64,000 nt of DNA, taken from positions 3,904,001-3,968,000 of the forward strand of contig OZ242311.1 of NCBI GenBank assembly GCA_965207885.1, given 5' to 3'. The first letter of the stretch is position 1, and every line of letters begins with the position of its first letter. Of the stretch, positions 20,920 through 30,502 are shown one piece after another. The DNA is from Candidatus Latescibacterota bacterium (GTDB lineage Bacteria > Latescibacterota > UBA2968). The notes under the pieces are model-generated. The model had not been told where the DNA came from. It saw only the letters and a program-made list of their open reading frames with translations, and made no database searches. The translations under genes were made by a program, and so were the position numbers.

Positions 20920-21954
20920 CTAAAGAGGCTTGCGAGCCAAGAAACAGTACAGCGGCGTAAAGATACCCGCCTTGCCGCCCGCGATATAAGCCTCCGCGGT
21001 CCGATCCAGAAGTCGGATGACTTCCGCGGAGCCCTTCGGAAAGAGCCGCAGTACTTCAGCCAGCTTCGATCCTGTGATGACCGCTTTACGGCCCCACGGA
21101 AGCCTGCGCAAGGCGTTTCCGACCGTCCCATGGCGACTCTCCATGGGTTGATACCAAGGTGTGGAGGGTCCTTCCTGGATCGCCCGGTCCATCCCTTCCA
21201 TGACTTGGAATCCCGCGGCTCCGAGCGCGTGATCCACTTCCCCGAAGGTGGCGATGTCCTTCAGCGCAATGCCGCGCATGAGATCCTCCTTGATGGCCCG
21301 ATGCCGGTCATCCTTCGGATCGAACTTGCCCGTCAGACACATTTCCTGCCCCCAGAACAGGGCACCGGGTTTCAGCACGCGGAATACCTCCTCGAAGGCG
21401 CGTTGCTTGTCCGGTGCATGGCACGTTGACTCTATGGCATAACCCCGGTCGAAGGTATCGTCCTCAATGGTGCTCATGTCCATGAAGCTGCACGTCTCGA
21501 AATCGACCATGTGATCAAGCCCCGCCTCGGCGTTCAACCTCTTCGCCTCTTCCAACTGGATCTCATTGATGTTGATTCCTACAACCCTGACACCAGCCTC
21601 ACGGACGACGCGGCGCATGGGGGCGCCGACTCCACAACCAACGTCGACCACCGTCATACCCTGTTGCAATTCCAACTTGGAAATCATCAGCCGCTGATGC
21701 CGGACCTTGGACTCCTCCAGACTCTCATGAGGCGTGAGGGGCGCGAAGTGCAGGGACTGGCCCCAGCCCCACACCATGAACCCGCTACAAAGGTCGTAAT
21801 AGTCTTTCACCGTTTCCGTGTGATCGTACCCGCCCGCGCCACCGGGCTCCAGTACCGCCCGGTCGAGCCAGCCGTCGAAGTGCTGCACTCGACGTGCGAC
21901 GCCCGATCCCCGGTACGCATCTCTCAGTTCTCTTGACAGTTTGCACAGCCGCAT
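20920..21954 (-). CDS. Sterol C24-methyltransferase (SMT/ERG6-like)
   Basis: YYDL..GWGQSLHFAP, DVGCGVGAP, YAIESTCHAP, EVFRVLKPG, GIFTPLYCFLARKP. Confidence 0.9.
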   Translation of the reverse strand: MRLCKLSRELRDAYRGSGVARRVQHFDGWLDRAVLEPGGAGGYDHTETVKDYYDLCSGFMVWGWGQSLHFAPLTPHESLEESKVRHQRLMISKLELQQGMTVVDVGCGVGAPMRRVVREAGVRVVGININEIQLEEAKRLNAEAGLDHMVDFETCSFMDMSTIEDDTFDRGYAIESTCHAPDKQRAFEEVFRVLKPGALFWGQEMCLTGKFDPKDDRHRAIKEDLMRGIALKDIATFGEVDHALGAAGFQVMEGMDRAIQEGPSTPWYQPMESRHGTVGNALRRLPWGRKAVITGSKLAEVLRLFPKGSAEVIRLLDRTAEAYIAGGKAGIFTPLYCFLARKPL

Positions 21955-21996
21955 TTCGTGGTGTTTTCCCCCCTGGCTCTACAAGGAGCCAAGTCG

Positions 21997-24030
21997 TCAG
22001 GTGAACAGCTCCCGTCTCTGCTGGGAGATGTGGAACTTCAGCTTCTTGCTCGGTTTCAGCGACGGGAACGGACTGAAACGGAGCTTGTGCTTGTACTTCG
22101 CCGGCGACACCTCAATAGTGAAGTAGTGCGCCAGCATCAGCAAGTTGGCCGCCAGGTGCAGCTCCATCCACCGGGTGCCGAGACACTTGTGCGTGCCCAG
22201 CCCGTACGGGGCGTACCCGGGGCTTCGGTGTTCATGGCGCAACGGCAGGTAGCGGTCGATGTCGAACTTGTAGGGGTCGGGAAAGACCTCGCTCATGTAA
22301 TGCGTGGCGGTCATGGCGATGTGGATCCGTTCCCCCATGGGCAGCTCGTAGTCCTCGACCACGCACGTATTCATCACGTTCCGAATGGACATGGAGACGA
22401 TCGGGTACATGCGCATGCACTCCATGAGGAAGCGGTGGGTAACGTCAATGTTGGCGGGGGTGAAATCCTCTCTCTCGGGGTCTCCCTTGGCGAACAGGGC
22501 ATCTGCTTCGGCCTGAATTCTGGCGTAGAGGTCGGGCTGCGACGCCATGGCATAGACTACGAGGCTGAACGTATCGCCGAGGTACACGCTGGCAATCAAG
22601 GCCGCGGAAAAGGAGAACAGAAGGTTGGACTCCGGGAGAAACTGCGGGTCGCTCGCGTGCAGGCTGAGATAATCGTCCACCAGGTCCCGCGGGCTGTCCA
22701 CTCGTTGGGCGGGGGTATGGATGTCCTGGACCCGCTGCATCAGTGTGTCCAGGGCTTTCGCCCGGCGTCTCATGCCCGGGGTGTTCAGCGTGAATCTGGG
22801 CAAGAGCTTGGCGACGTGCACGCTGAGGGCCCGTTCCTTGTACGCCATCAGGTCGTCCATGAGGTCCTGGGTATCGACGCCGATGAACAGTGGGGAGAGC
22901 TGGGCGTTCACCATCTCCCGGCACATGGATGTGGCGCGGTATGAGTCCCCAACCGTCAAGCTCGCCATGTACTTGCGCCCCTGATTGTAGAGCTGGTCTA
23001 GCTGCCCTCCCAGCCTCACGGCAGAATAGGCGGGCGACAGGGACTGGCGAAGCCGGAAGTGATCGGCTCCGTCCAGGGCGGGCAGGACGCCGGACGCGCC
23101 GTAGACCTTCTCGAAGTCGCTGAAGTAGTCCCTGGCTCTCAGGTACATGCGCCCGCGCTTGTGCACCCAGCGGTTTGTCTCGAGTCCGGCCAGGAAGATC
23201 ATGGGCTTCGAGAAGGGAGGGCGAATCTGGAACACCGGACCGTACTCCTCCGCAAGGTTCCCGAAGAGCGCGTTCAGGTTGCCGTCTCGACTATGCGGGT
23301 TCAGCAGCAGCTTGGGCAGCGAAACCGTCGGAATTTTCCTGGCAAGGGCAGGACGTCGAAGGGCTGGGCCGGCGAGGTTCTGAGAGACCGCAGAGGCCAG
23401 GGAGCGGCCGATCAGATCCATCTTGCAGATGAACTCGATGCGCTCCTCCGCCTCGTCGTCGAGCTGGAATATGAAACGAAAGACGTCGCAGGTATTGACG
23501 AGGCAGATAATGATGACATCTCTCGGATCGGGAATCTCGTCGGTGAAGATGACCCTGCTGATCCGCGTTTTTATGAACTGGCCTGCAGTGCCCTCTTCCG
23601 ACTTGCTGGACAGTTCCCCACGCCAGACGGTAGGAGCCAGTGTCCAGAATTCACCGTCGTGATATTCCAGGATCTTCAGGTCAACCAGGCGGTCCAGAAC
23701 CGAATCAATGATCGACTCCGCACGGGGAGCGAGCCGTTCGATCCAGTACTGGGCGTTCCGTTGAACAGATTCGGCTGCGATTTCTTTCAGAATGGGGTCC
23801 AGGGTAGGTCTCCCCGTTTCCGACTCGTCCACGAGGAACAGGGATTCCAGGTCCGTGTCGATGCGCGATCTGAGTGAAAGCTCCGCGAGCACGGCACCGA
23901 CCACGGCGCAGTTCAAATGCCAGCCGGGTACCTGGTGAAAGTAGCCAGTCTCCTCGTTGAGGAGCATCAGGATGAGCTCTTCGGTGAGACTTAGCGATTG
24001 GGGCGTCAAACCCTCGGTAGTATTAGCCAT
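21997..24030 (-). CDS. GPP34 (GOLPH3/Vps74-like) domain fused to cytochrome P450
   Basis: N-terminal LSLTEELILMLL..GAVLAELSL..RI; C-terminal ECMR (ExxR), FDIDRY, YGLGTHKCLG heme motif; GGAGG RBS before ATG at 24030. Confidence 0.85.
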   Translation of the reverse strand: MANTTEGLTPQSLSLTEELILMLLNEETGYFHQVPGWHLNCAVVGAVLAELSLRSRIDTDLESLFLVDESETGRPTLDPILKEIAAESVQRNAQYWIERLAPRAESIIDSVLDRLVDLKILEYHDGEFWTLAPTVWRGELSSKSEEGTAGQFIKTRISRVIFTDEIPDPRDVIIICLVNTCDVFRFIFQLDDEAEERIEFICKMDLIGRSLASAVSQNLAGPALRRPALARKIPTVSLPKLLLNPHSRDGNLNALFGNLAEEYGPVFQIRPPFSKPMIFLAGLETNRWVHKRGRMYLRARDYFSDFEKVYGASGVLPALDGADHFRLRQSLSPAYSAVRLGGQLDQLYNQGRKYMASLTVGDSYRATSMCREMVNAQLSPLFIGVDTQDLMDDLMAYKERALSVHVAKLLPRFTLNTPGMRRRAKALDTLMQRVQDIHTPAQRVDSPRDLVDDYLSLHASDPQFLPESNLLFSFSAALIASVYLGDTFSLVVYAMASQPDLYARIQAEADALFAKGDPEREDFTPANIDVTHRFLMECMRMYPIVSMSIRNVMNTCVVEDYELPMGERIHIAMTATHYMSEVFPDPYKFDIDRYLPLRHEHRSPGYAPYGLGTHKCLGTRWMELHLAANLLMLAHYFTIEVSPAKYKHKLRFSPFPSLKPSKKLKFHISQQRRELFT

Positions 24031-24061
24031 CGGTTTCTGCCTCCCTGCATCATAAAGTGCA

Positions 24062-27000
24062 TTACCCGGTACCGGCGCCGGAACGGCCCCGCGAAGCAAT
24101 CAGACGCAGATGGATGGTGTAAAGTGCGGGAACGACCATCATGAGTATAGCCGTAGTAAAGAGAATGCCGCAACCGAGCGAGGCGGCAAAGGGGATCAGG
24201 AACTGGGCTTGGATGGCACGTTCCAGAATAAGGGGAGTGAAGCCGAGGAACGTAGTCACGGAAGTGAGCATGATCGGACGAAAGCGCCCCTTGGCGCCCT
24301 CCACGATCGCCGTCCTTGCCAAGGCGCCTTCCCCGATTCTCTGATCGATGAAATCGATCATGACCAGGGAATCGTTCACGACCACCCCACTCAGGCCGAA
24401 GATACCCATGAAAGATACGGCACTCAGGGCTACTCCCAGGACCCAGTGACCCAGGATCACTCCGATGAACCCGAAGGGGATGACGGCCATGATGATGAAC
24501 GGCTTTGTATAGGATCGGAGGGGGATGGCGAGCAGCGCGAAGATCAGGAGCAGGGCAATCGCAAATCCGCGATACAGCGCATCCAGGGATTCGAGCTGCT
24601 GTTGTTGTTCCCCTCCGAAGCTGTATGTCAGGTCTGGGTGCAGGGCGGTCAGATCCGCGAGGATCGAATTGGTCAGGATGTCGTTGGCTTCGTCGCCTGA
24701 AATCACCGAAGCATCCACGTCCGCAGTGACCGTGACGACGCGCTGGCCGTCCTTCCGTCGAATGGCCGGCGGCGACACCCCTGGGTTCAGGGAGGCCACA
24801 CTCATGACCGGGACCTCGGCCCCGCCCGGCGTACGGAGCAGGTATCCTTCGACATCGGTGATGGATTTTCGTTCATCGGAGGGCAGGCGCACATAGACCC
24901 GGACCTCTTCCCGGTCGCGCTGCACCCGAACGGCCTCTGCGCCGAAGAACGCCGCCCGTGCCTGCCCGGCCAGGTCGTGGAGTGTGAGACCGAGGGTTCG
25001 CGCTTCCGGCCGCAGCTCCAGTTGAACTTCCGGGATGCCCGGGGAGTGGTCCGAACGTATGTCATAGACGCCTCCCACCCCACGGAGTCCATCGACCACG
25101 GAGTCTGCAATCCGGGCAAGGCGCTCCGGGTCCGGATGCGACAACACGGCCTCCACCGGGTTGCCCAAGTCGAAGACCTCGCCGCTGAAGGTGATGCCGC
25201 GTACGTAGGGCAGCACCCCCACCTCCTCCCGCCATGCCTGCACGACCTCTCCGGTGGAGATTTCTCTCTGTTGGGCACCCAGGAGTTTGAACTCAATGGT
25301 GGCGATGTTGGCTTGCGGATTGAGGGTCGGCTCCGGATTGAGCCCGCCCGCGAGTCTCGAGCCCTGTCCGACGGTCACCGTTACGCCGGTCAGCAGCGGT
25401 GGTGCATCCCCGGGCCGCCCGCGCGAGAGTCGTTCGATGACCCGGTGGCCTGCGGCCTCCAGTTCCTGCGCCACTTCGTACGTCCTCGGAGCGGTCGCCC
25501 CATCGGGCATCTCCAGGACGACCGTCGCGATATCCCCTTCCACGTCAGCGGCCAGCGTGGTAGGAACGATCCCCGCGGGCAACAGGGAGATGCTCAGCAC
25601 GAGCATTCCCACAGCCCCCGACATCGTCACCGCGGGCTGGTCGGTGGCAAACTGCAGGGCCCGATCCAGCGGGCCCTGGACGAACCTGTTCAGCAGCGCG
25701 TCAACGCGCCCCTGGAGCCGCGCGAAGAACCGGTCGAAGGCATTGGCCGGCACCCACTCCGGACCGTGCAGGTGGGACAGGTGGTTGGGCAGCACGAACA
25801 GCGATTCGACCAGGGAAACCAGCAGCATGGCGATCATGATGATCGGCAGGGCCCGCCACACCTCACCGACGCCGCCGGGAATGAACAGCAACGGGACGAA
25901 GGCCACCACCGACGTCAGAACTGCGAACGTCAACGGCACCTTGATCCGTCGTACGCCGCGGATCGCGGCCGTGACCCCGGGTGTTCCCCGCTTGCGTTCG
26001 TATTGAATGTGCTCGGCCACGACGATGGCATCGTCGACGATGATTCCTATGGCGAGGACAAAGGAGAACAGGCTGATGGTGTTGATCGCCACGTCGAATG
26101 CCATCATGATGGCGAGGGCACCGATTCCCGAAACGGTGAGGCCCACGGCGACCCAAAGCGCGAGCCGGATTTCGAGAAACAGGCTGAGTGCGATCAGCAC
26201 CAGCAACAGGCCCAGGATCCCGTTCTTGAGGAGAAGATCGGCGCGTTCCTCATAGACCTGGGATTCGTCATTCCACATGGTGACGCCCACACCGTCGGGT
26301 AGGGAAGGGATCACTTCGTTTGCCAGGTGCTGTCGGACGGTCGTGGCGACATCCATCACTTGCTCACCAGCGGCGCGGTAGATCTCCACGAATACCCCGG
26401 GATGGTTCTGGTGCCGGATGATCAGGTCTGCTTCCTGAAAACCGTCGCGAACCTCGGCGATATCTCCAAGGCGCAGGACCGTGCCGTCACGTCCGCTGAG
26501 AAGGACGATCTCCTCGAAGTCCTGTTGGTCGTAGTTCTGGCCGAGGGTGCGGACCCGCACCTGGGATTCCCGGGTATTGATACTGCCGGCAGATAAGTCC
26601 AGGGAACTGCGACGAATGGTGTTGGCTATGTCGGTGAGTGTGAGTCCAAGTGCTCTTAGCCGATGAAGCGGTACCTCGATAGAGATCTCGTATTTCCGAA
26701 TACCACTGACTTCGACCTGGGACACGGAGGGAAGTGTTGTGAGTTCATCTTCGATCTGGTACGCCAATTCTTTCAGCGAGCGCTCAGGTACATCGCCATA
26801 TACAATGAGCCGCATCATGCTCATGCGGTTGGTCATCTCCCTGAAACTGGGACGATCGGCACCGGCCGGGAAAGACTGTATGCGATTGACCGCAGACTCG
26901 ATATCGTTCAGCGCCTGGACCATATCCGTACCGAAATCCATTTGAATCCGTACGGATGCCATACCCGGGGCCGATACGGACTTGACCGCCTTCACGTCAT

Positions 27001-27256
27001 CCAACCCGCTGACCTGGTCTTCGATCTTGACGACGATCGACTCCTCGATCTCCTCCGGTGTGGCGCCGGGATAGGCCATCGACACTTCGATATGGTAGAA
27101 AGGGGTGGTCGGCCACGCTTCCCGGTCGAGTCCGGTCAGCGACACCAGCCCGGCGGCGATAATGGCCCACATCAGTAGATTGGCGGCTATACTGTTACCA
27201 GCCATATAAGCTATGGGACCACGCTGTTCCCGTGCGGAACCTTCTTCCCGGTTCAT
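24062..27256 (-). CDS. RND efflux permease (AcrB/D/F family)
   Basis: GIIVDDAIVVAE, GVVVNDSLV, RFRPIMLTSVTT; 1064 aa. Confidence 0.95.
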   Translation of the reverse strand: MNREEGSAREQRGPIAYMAGNSIAANLLMWAIIAAGLVSLTGLDREAWPTTPFYHIEVSMAYPGATPEEIEESIVVKIEDQVSGLDDVKAVKSVSAPGMASVRIQMDFGTDMVQALNDIESAVNRIQSFPAGADRPSFREMTNRMSMMRLIVYGDVPERSLKELAYQIEDELTTLPSVSQVEVSGIRKYEISIEVPLHRLRALGLTLTDIANTIRRSSLDLSAGSINTRESQVRVRTLGQNYDQQDFEEIVLLSGRDGTVLRLGDIAEVRDGFQEADLIIRHQNHPGVFVEIYRAAGEQVMDVATTVRQHLANEVIPSLPDGVGVTMWNDESQVYEERADLLLKNGILGLLLVLIALSLFLEIRLALWVAVGLTVSGIGALAIMMAFDVAINTISLFSFVLAIGIIVDDAIVVAEHIQYERKRGTPGVTAAIRGVRRIKVPLTFAVLTSVVAFVPLLFIPGGVGEVWRALPIIMIAMLLVSLVESLFVLPNHLSHLHGPEWVPANAFDRFFARLQGRVDALLNRFVQGPLDRALQFATDQPAVTMSGAVGMLVLSISLLPAGIVPTTLAADVEGDIATVVLEMPDGATAPRTYEVAQELEAAGHRVIERLSRGRPGDAPPLLTGVTVTVGQGSRLAGGLNPEPTLNPQANIATIEFKLLGAQQREISTGEVVQAWREEVGVLPYVRGITFSGEVFDLGNPVEAVLSHPDPERLARIADSVVDGLRGVGGVYDIRSDHSPGIPEVQLELRPEARTLGLTLHDLAGQARAAFFGAEAVRVQRDREEVRVYVRLPSDERKSITDVEGYLLRTPGGAEVPVMSVASLNPGVSPPAIRRKDGQRVVTVTADVDASVISGDEANDILTNSILADLTALHPDLTYSFGGEQQQQLESLDALYRGFAIALLLIFALLAIPLRSYTKPFIIMAVIPFGFIGVILGHWVLGVALSAVSFMGIFGLSGVVVNDSLVMIDFIDQRIGEGALARTAIVEGAKGRFRPIMLTSVTTFLGFTPLILERAIQAQFLIPFAASLGCGILFTTAILMMVVPALYTIHLRLIASRGRSGAGTG

Positions 27257-28449
27257 GGATCACCTCCGATCCGCACCACCCTGCCTTCGGTTGCGACCTT
27301 TATCCCGCCTATGACGACCGCCTGACCGGCTTTCAGCGTGCCGGTTACGAACACCTTATCATCGGAACGCTGAAGGACGCGCACTGGGACGATGGTCAAT
27401 AGTGTGTCATCGCGCACTGCCCAGACCTCGTTGCCCGGTCTGAGTGCTGATCGCCGCAGGATGAAGTACTGGTCTGGGATGATTCCCTCAATTCGCACTT
27501 CTGCGAATTTGCCCACGAGAAGGGGCGGGCCAAGATCTGCGCCTGCCCCTTCGACTCGGGTGCCGCTTGTAAAAGGATTCGGGACGCGTACGATGACGTT
27601 GATGGTGCGCGTCTGTTCGTCCAGGGATGCCTCTGCTCGATCTACATAGCCCTCCCAGGCATAGCTCCCGTCGCCGTATTCAGCGATGACACGAGCCTTG
27701 ACCCGCCTATCTCCGTCGCCCGCTTCCAGCCCCCAAAGGCCGGGAATAAGGGCCGCATTGGCATCGGAGAGGGGAACTACCACCTCTACTGCGTCGGTCG
27801 CGTAAAGTCGCCCCACGCTCTGACCGGCTACCACGAACTGCCCCACATCTATCGATTCTGTCTGCACGACACCTCTGAAAGGCGCGCGGACTTTTGTGCG
27901 TGCCAGAGCCAACTCGGCGTCAGCGAGCACAGCACTATCTCTGGCCACCGAGGCGCGGGCTGCCTCGAGTTGAGGCTCCCACAGCGCAAGGGGATTGGCT
28001 TTGGCTATATCCGTTTGGTCACGTCTGAACTGCGCGTACTCAGCGCGTGCGATCTGGGCTTCTTCATTCGCCCTGAGGAGTGCGACATGCTGCGCGGCCA
28101 CGTTGGCACGCGCCTGCTGAACTCTGTTGAGGTAGTCGGCATCATTAATGCGGAAGAGAACCTGCCCTTTTCTGACTCGTCCGCCACTCTGAAACGCCGG
28201 ATCTACCCAAACAACCTTACCATTGATTTCAGCGGCAACATCTATCTCTGCGACGGGCCGAACCGTTCCGGCCCCGTACACGGGAATTGCACCAGCACCG
28301 ATCGCCGCCGGAGCCGTGACTGCGAAAGGCGCCCGGGAAGTAAGAGGCCGGACTTCCTGCTCAGGCTTCAGCCAGACCATAAAGTAGGCAACCGTCAAGG
28401 ATATGAGAAGGATGGCACCTGCCACAAGTAAGCTTCTTCCGCGATTCAT
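27253..28449 (-). CDS. RND periplasmic adaptor (membrane fusion protein)
   Basis: N-terminal TM helix, GTVRP..AEING.V, VRAPF.G lipoyl-like halves. Confidence 0.9.
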   Translation of the reverse strand: MNRGRSLLVAGAILLISLTVAYFMVWLKPEQEVRPLTSRAPFAVTAPAAIGAGAIPVYGAGTVRPVAEIDVAAEINGKVVWVDPAFQSGGRVRKGQVLFRINDADYLNRVQQARANVAAQHVALLRANEEAQIARAEYAQFRRDQTDIAKANPLALWEPQLEAARASVARDSAVLADAELALARTKVRAPFRGVVQTESIDVGQFVVAGQSVGRLYATDAVEVVVPLSDANAALIPGLWGLEAGDGDRRVKARVIAEYGDGSYAWEGYVDRAEASLDEQTRTINVIVRVPNPFTSGTRVEGAGADLGPPLLVGKFAEVRIEGIIPDQYFILRRSALRPGNEVWAVRDDTLLTIVPVRVLQRSDDKVFVTGTLKAGQAVVIGGIKVATEGRVVRIGGDP

Positions 28450-28525
28450 CTCTCTTCTCTTTTCATTAAAGTCCGATAATCACCCGGGGTAACGCCTCTC
28501 TTCCCTACGCCGAGTTCTAACGCTG

Positions 28526-29641
28526 TCAACAGAAGATTTCGTCTCCAATATCTATTTGCGGCAACACCGCACACAACACCTTCGCAAAAGCTTGCCGCTC
28601 GGCGGATAGCCCCACGGTCACGCGAATGCAGCGGTCGAGCGGATCCACGCCTGGCATCCGCACGAAGACCCCGTGCTGCAAAAGCATCTGCATCAGCCGC
28701 CGCGCTCGCTCGCCACTACCCACGTCGAGGGCCACAAAATTAGTCGCCGAAGGCACCGTTTGCAGCCCCAATTCCGCCGCCAGCACCGCGTATTCCCGTC
28801 GGCCTTCCTCTACTTGCCGCACCACCGAGCGCACGAACGCATCGTCGCCCAGCGAAGCAAGTGCCCCAGCTTGGGCGATGCGATTGACGCCAAAGTGATT
28901 GCGCACCTTGTCGAGCGCGGCCACCACATCGCGGTGTGCCAGCGCGTAGCCGACCCTGGCCCCAGCCATGCCGTGCGCCTTGGAAAACGTCCGCAACCGC
29001 ACCACCTGTGCCCGTTCCACTTCCAGCGGCAACAGGGCATCCTCCGGCGCGAAGTCGATATACGCCTCGTCGAGCAGCAACACACAATCCGGCGGCAACC
29101 CCACGATAAAATCCCGCAACTCGTCGGCTCGCTGATAGGTGCCCATGGGGTTGTCGGGATTGGCCACGTAGATCAGCTTGGGGCGCACTTGCCGCGCCTT
29201 GTCCAACAGGGCCGGCAAGTCCTCTCGATCCGCGCGATAGGGCACCTTGTGCAACACCGCCCCGTGCCCCTCGACGTGGTAGTTAAACGTGGGATAGGCC
29301 CCCAGCGACGTCACCACCGCGTCGCCCGGCTCGGCAAAAAGGCGCACCAAAAGCCCCAACAGTTCGTCAATCCCCGCACCCAAGACGACCTCTTCCTGCG
29401 CCACCCCGTGCCGCACCGCCAACGCCGAGCGCAGCTCGTATCCCTCTGGATCGTTGTACCAATGCACTTGCTCCACCGCCTCTACCATGGCCTGCCGCGC
29501 ACGCGGCGAGATACCAAAATTGCTCTCATTAGCACCAACTCGCAGGGCGAGCGGCTGCCCTTGCTCCCGCTCCAATGCCTCGGGCGGCACAAAGGGAACG
29601 GTCGCTGGCAGGGCGCGGACGATGTGCGTAAACGGCAACAC
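28526..29641 (-). CDS. PLP-dependent class I/II aminotransferase (HisC-like)
   Basis: GANES, NPDNPMG, DEAY, RTFSKAHGMAGARVGY. Confidence 0.9.
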   Translation of the reverse strand: MLPFTHIVRALPATVPFVPPEALEREQGQPLALRVGANESNFGISPRARQAMVEAVEQVHWYNDPEGYELRSALAVRHGVAQEEVVLGAGIDELLGLLVRLFAEPGDAVVTSLGAYPTFNYHVEGHGAVLHKVPYRADREDLPALLDKARQVRPKLIYVANPDNPMGTYQRADELRDFIVGLPPDCVLLLDEAYIDFAPEDALLPLEVERAQVVRLRTFSKAHGMAGARVGYALAHRDVVAALDKVRNHFGVNRIAQAGALASLGDDAFVRSVVRQVEEGRREYAVLAAELGLQTVPSATNFVALDVGSGERARRLMQMLLQHGVFVRMPGVDPLDRCIRVTVGLSAERQAFAKVLCAVLPQIDIGDEIFC

Positions 29642-29644
29642 GGG

Positions 29645-30463
29645 TTAAGACCACACGTAGATTTCGTCGTCGTCTTCGGCATAGCCAATGAAGACGGCGA
29701 GCACCACCCGCGGATCGTCCCCCTGTACCGCAGGGACCTCGTGGATGCAGCGCGTATTGAAGAAATACAAATCGCCCGGCTCGAGCGCGACCTCGCAGTG
29801 CGCCACGCCATGCGCGGCCGCATATTCGTGAAAACGGCCCTCGGCGATATACGGCTGTATCTCCTTGGTCCACAGACAGCGATGCAACACAGCCTGCACC
29901 CCAGGTCCTGCGGAATCCGCGTTCTGTACGCACAGCACACCGGCAAATTGGTGGGTAAAGCGCGTCACCTCGTAGTTGAACCGCTTTTCGCGCAGAACGA
30001 CGTGGTCGATGTGCGGACTATAGGCGTGGGTCTCGTAGTGGATGCGAAAGATGGCCGGGCCGTACAAGCACCCGTCGCGCTCGCGCGCCGTCTTAACCTC
30101 CTTATTGGAAGCCAACGCCTGCAAGTGCCTATAGAGCAGTTGCACCGGGTCGAGCAAACCCGCAAAAAGGGTAGCAAAAAGCGCTTGCGTCTCCTCCGCA
30201 TCTGCCAAGAACGCCTCTTGGTCGCCGCCCAAGTTGCCGAGGCTGGTGCCAATGTCGATGCGCGTGCGCTCGTCGCCCGCAGCGCGCAGCAACCCGCGCT
30301 CGGCAAAGCGTTCCATCAGCCGCTGGCAATCGGCTGGCGTACAGACCTGGGGCAACAGAATCGCCGGTATCTCCGCCCGAGCCAAGGCGCCGAGCGGATC
30401 GGCGCACGCGTCCGGCCCCACGGGCCGCCAAGCGGCTCTTGTGTGACCCTGTGGATACTTCAA
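29645..30463 (-). CDS. Fe(II)/2OG dioxygenase-like protein
   Basis: PHID, PGDLYFFN..IHEV..R. Confidence 0.7.
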   Translation of the reverse strand: MKYPQGHTRAAWRPVGPDACADPLGALARAEIPAILLPQVCTPADCQRLMERFAERGLLRAAGDERTRIDIGTSLGNLGGDQEAFLADAEETQALFATLFAGLLDPVQLLYRHLQALASNKEVKTARERDGCLYGPAIFRIHYETHAYSPHIDHVVLREKRFNYEVTRFTHQFAGVLCVQNADSAGPGVQAVLHRCLWTKEIQPYIAEGRFHEYAAAHGVAHCEVALEPGDLYFFNTRCIHEVPAVQGDDPRVVLAVFIGYAEDDDEIYVWS

Positions 30464-30502
30464 TGCGGATCCTTCCTTTTAGCCTTTGCAGATGCCCTAT
30501 GC

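Noticed and set aside
21997-24030. Calling the P450 CYP51
   Set aside because: Only generic P450 motifs are visible; the family cannot be assigned without a search.
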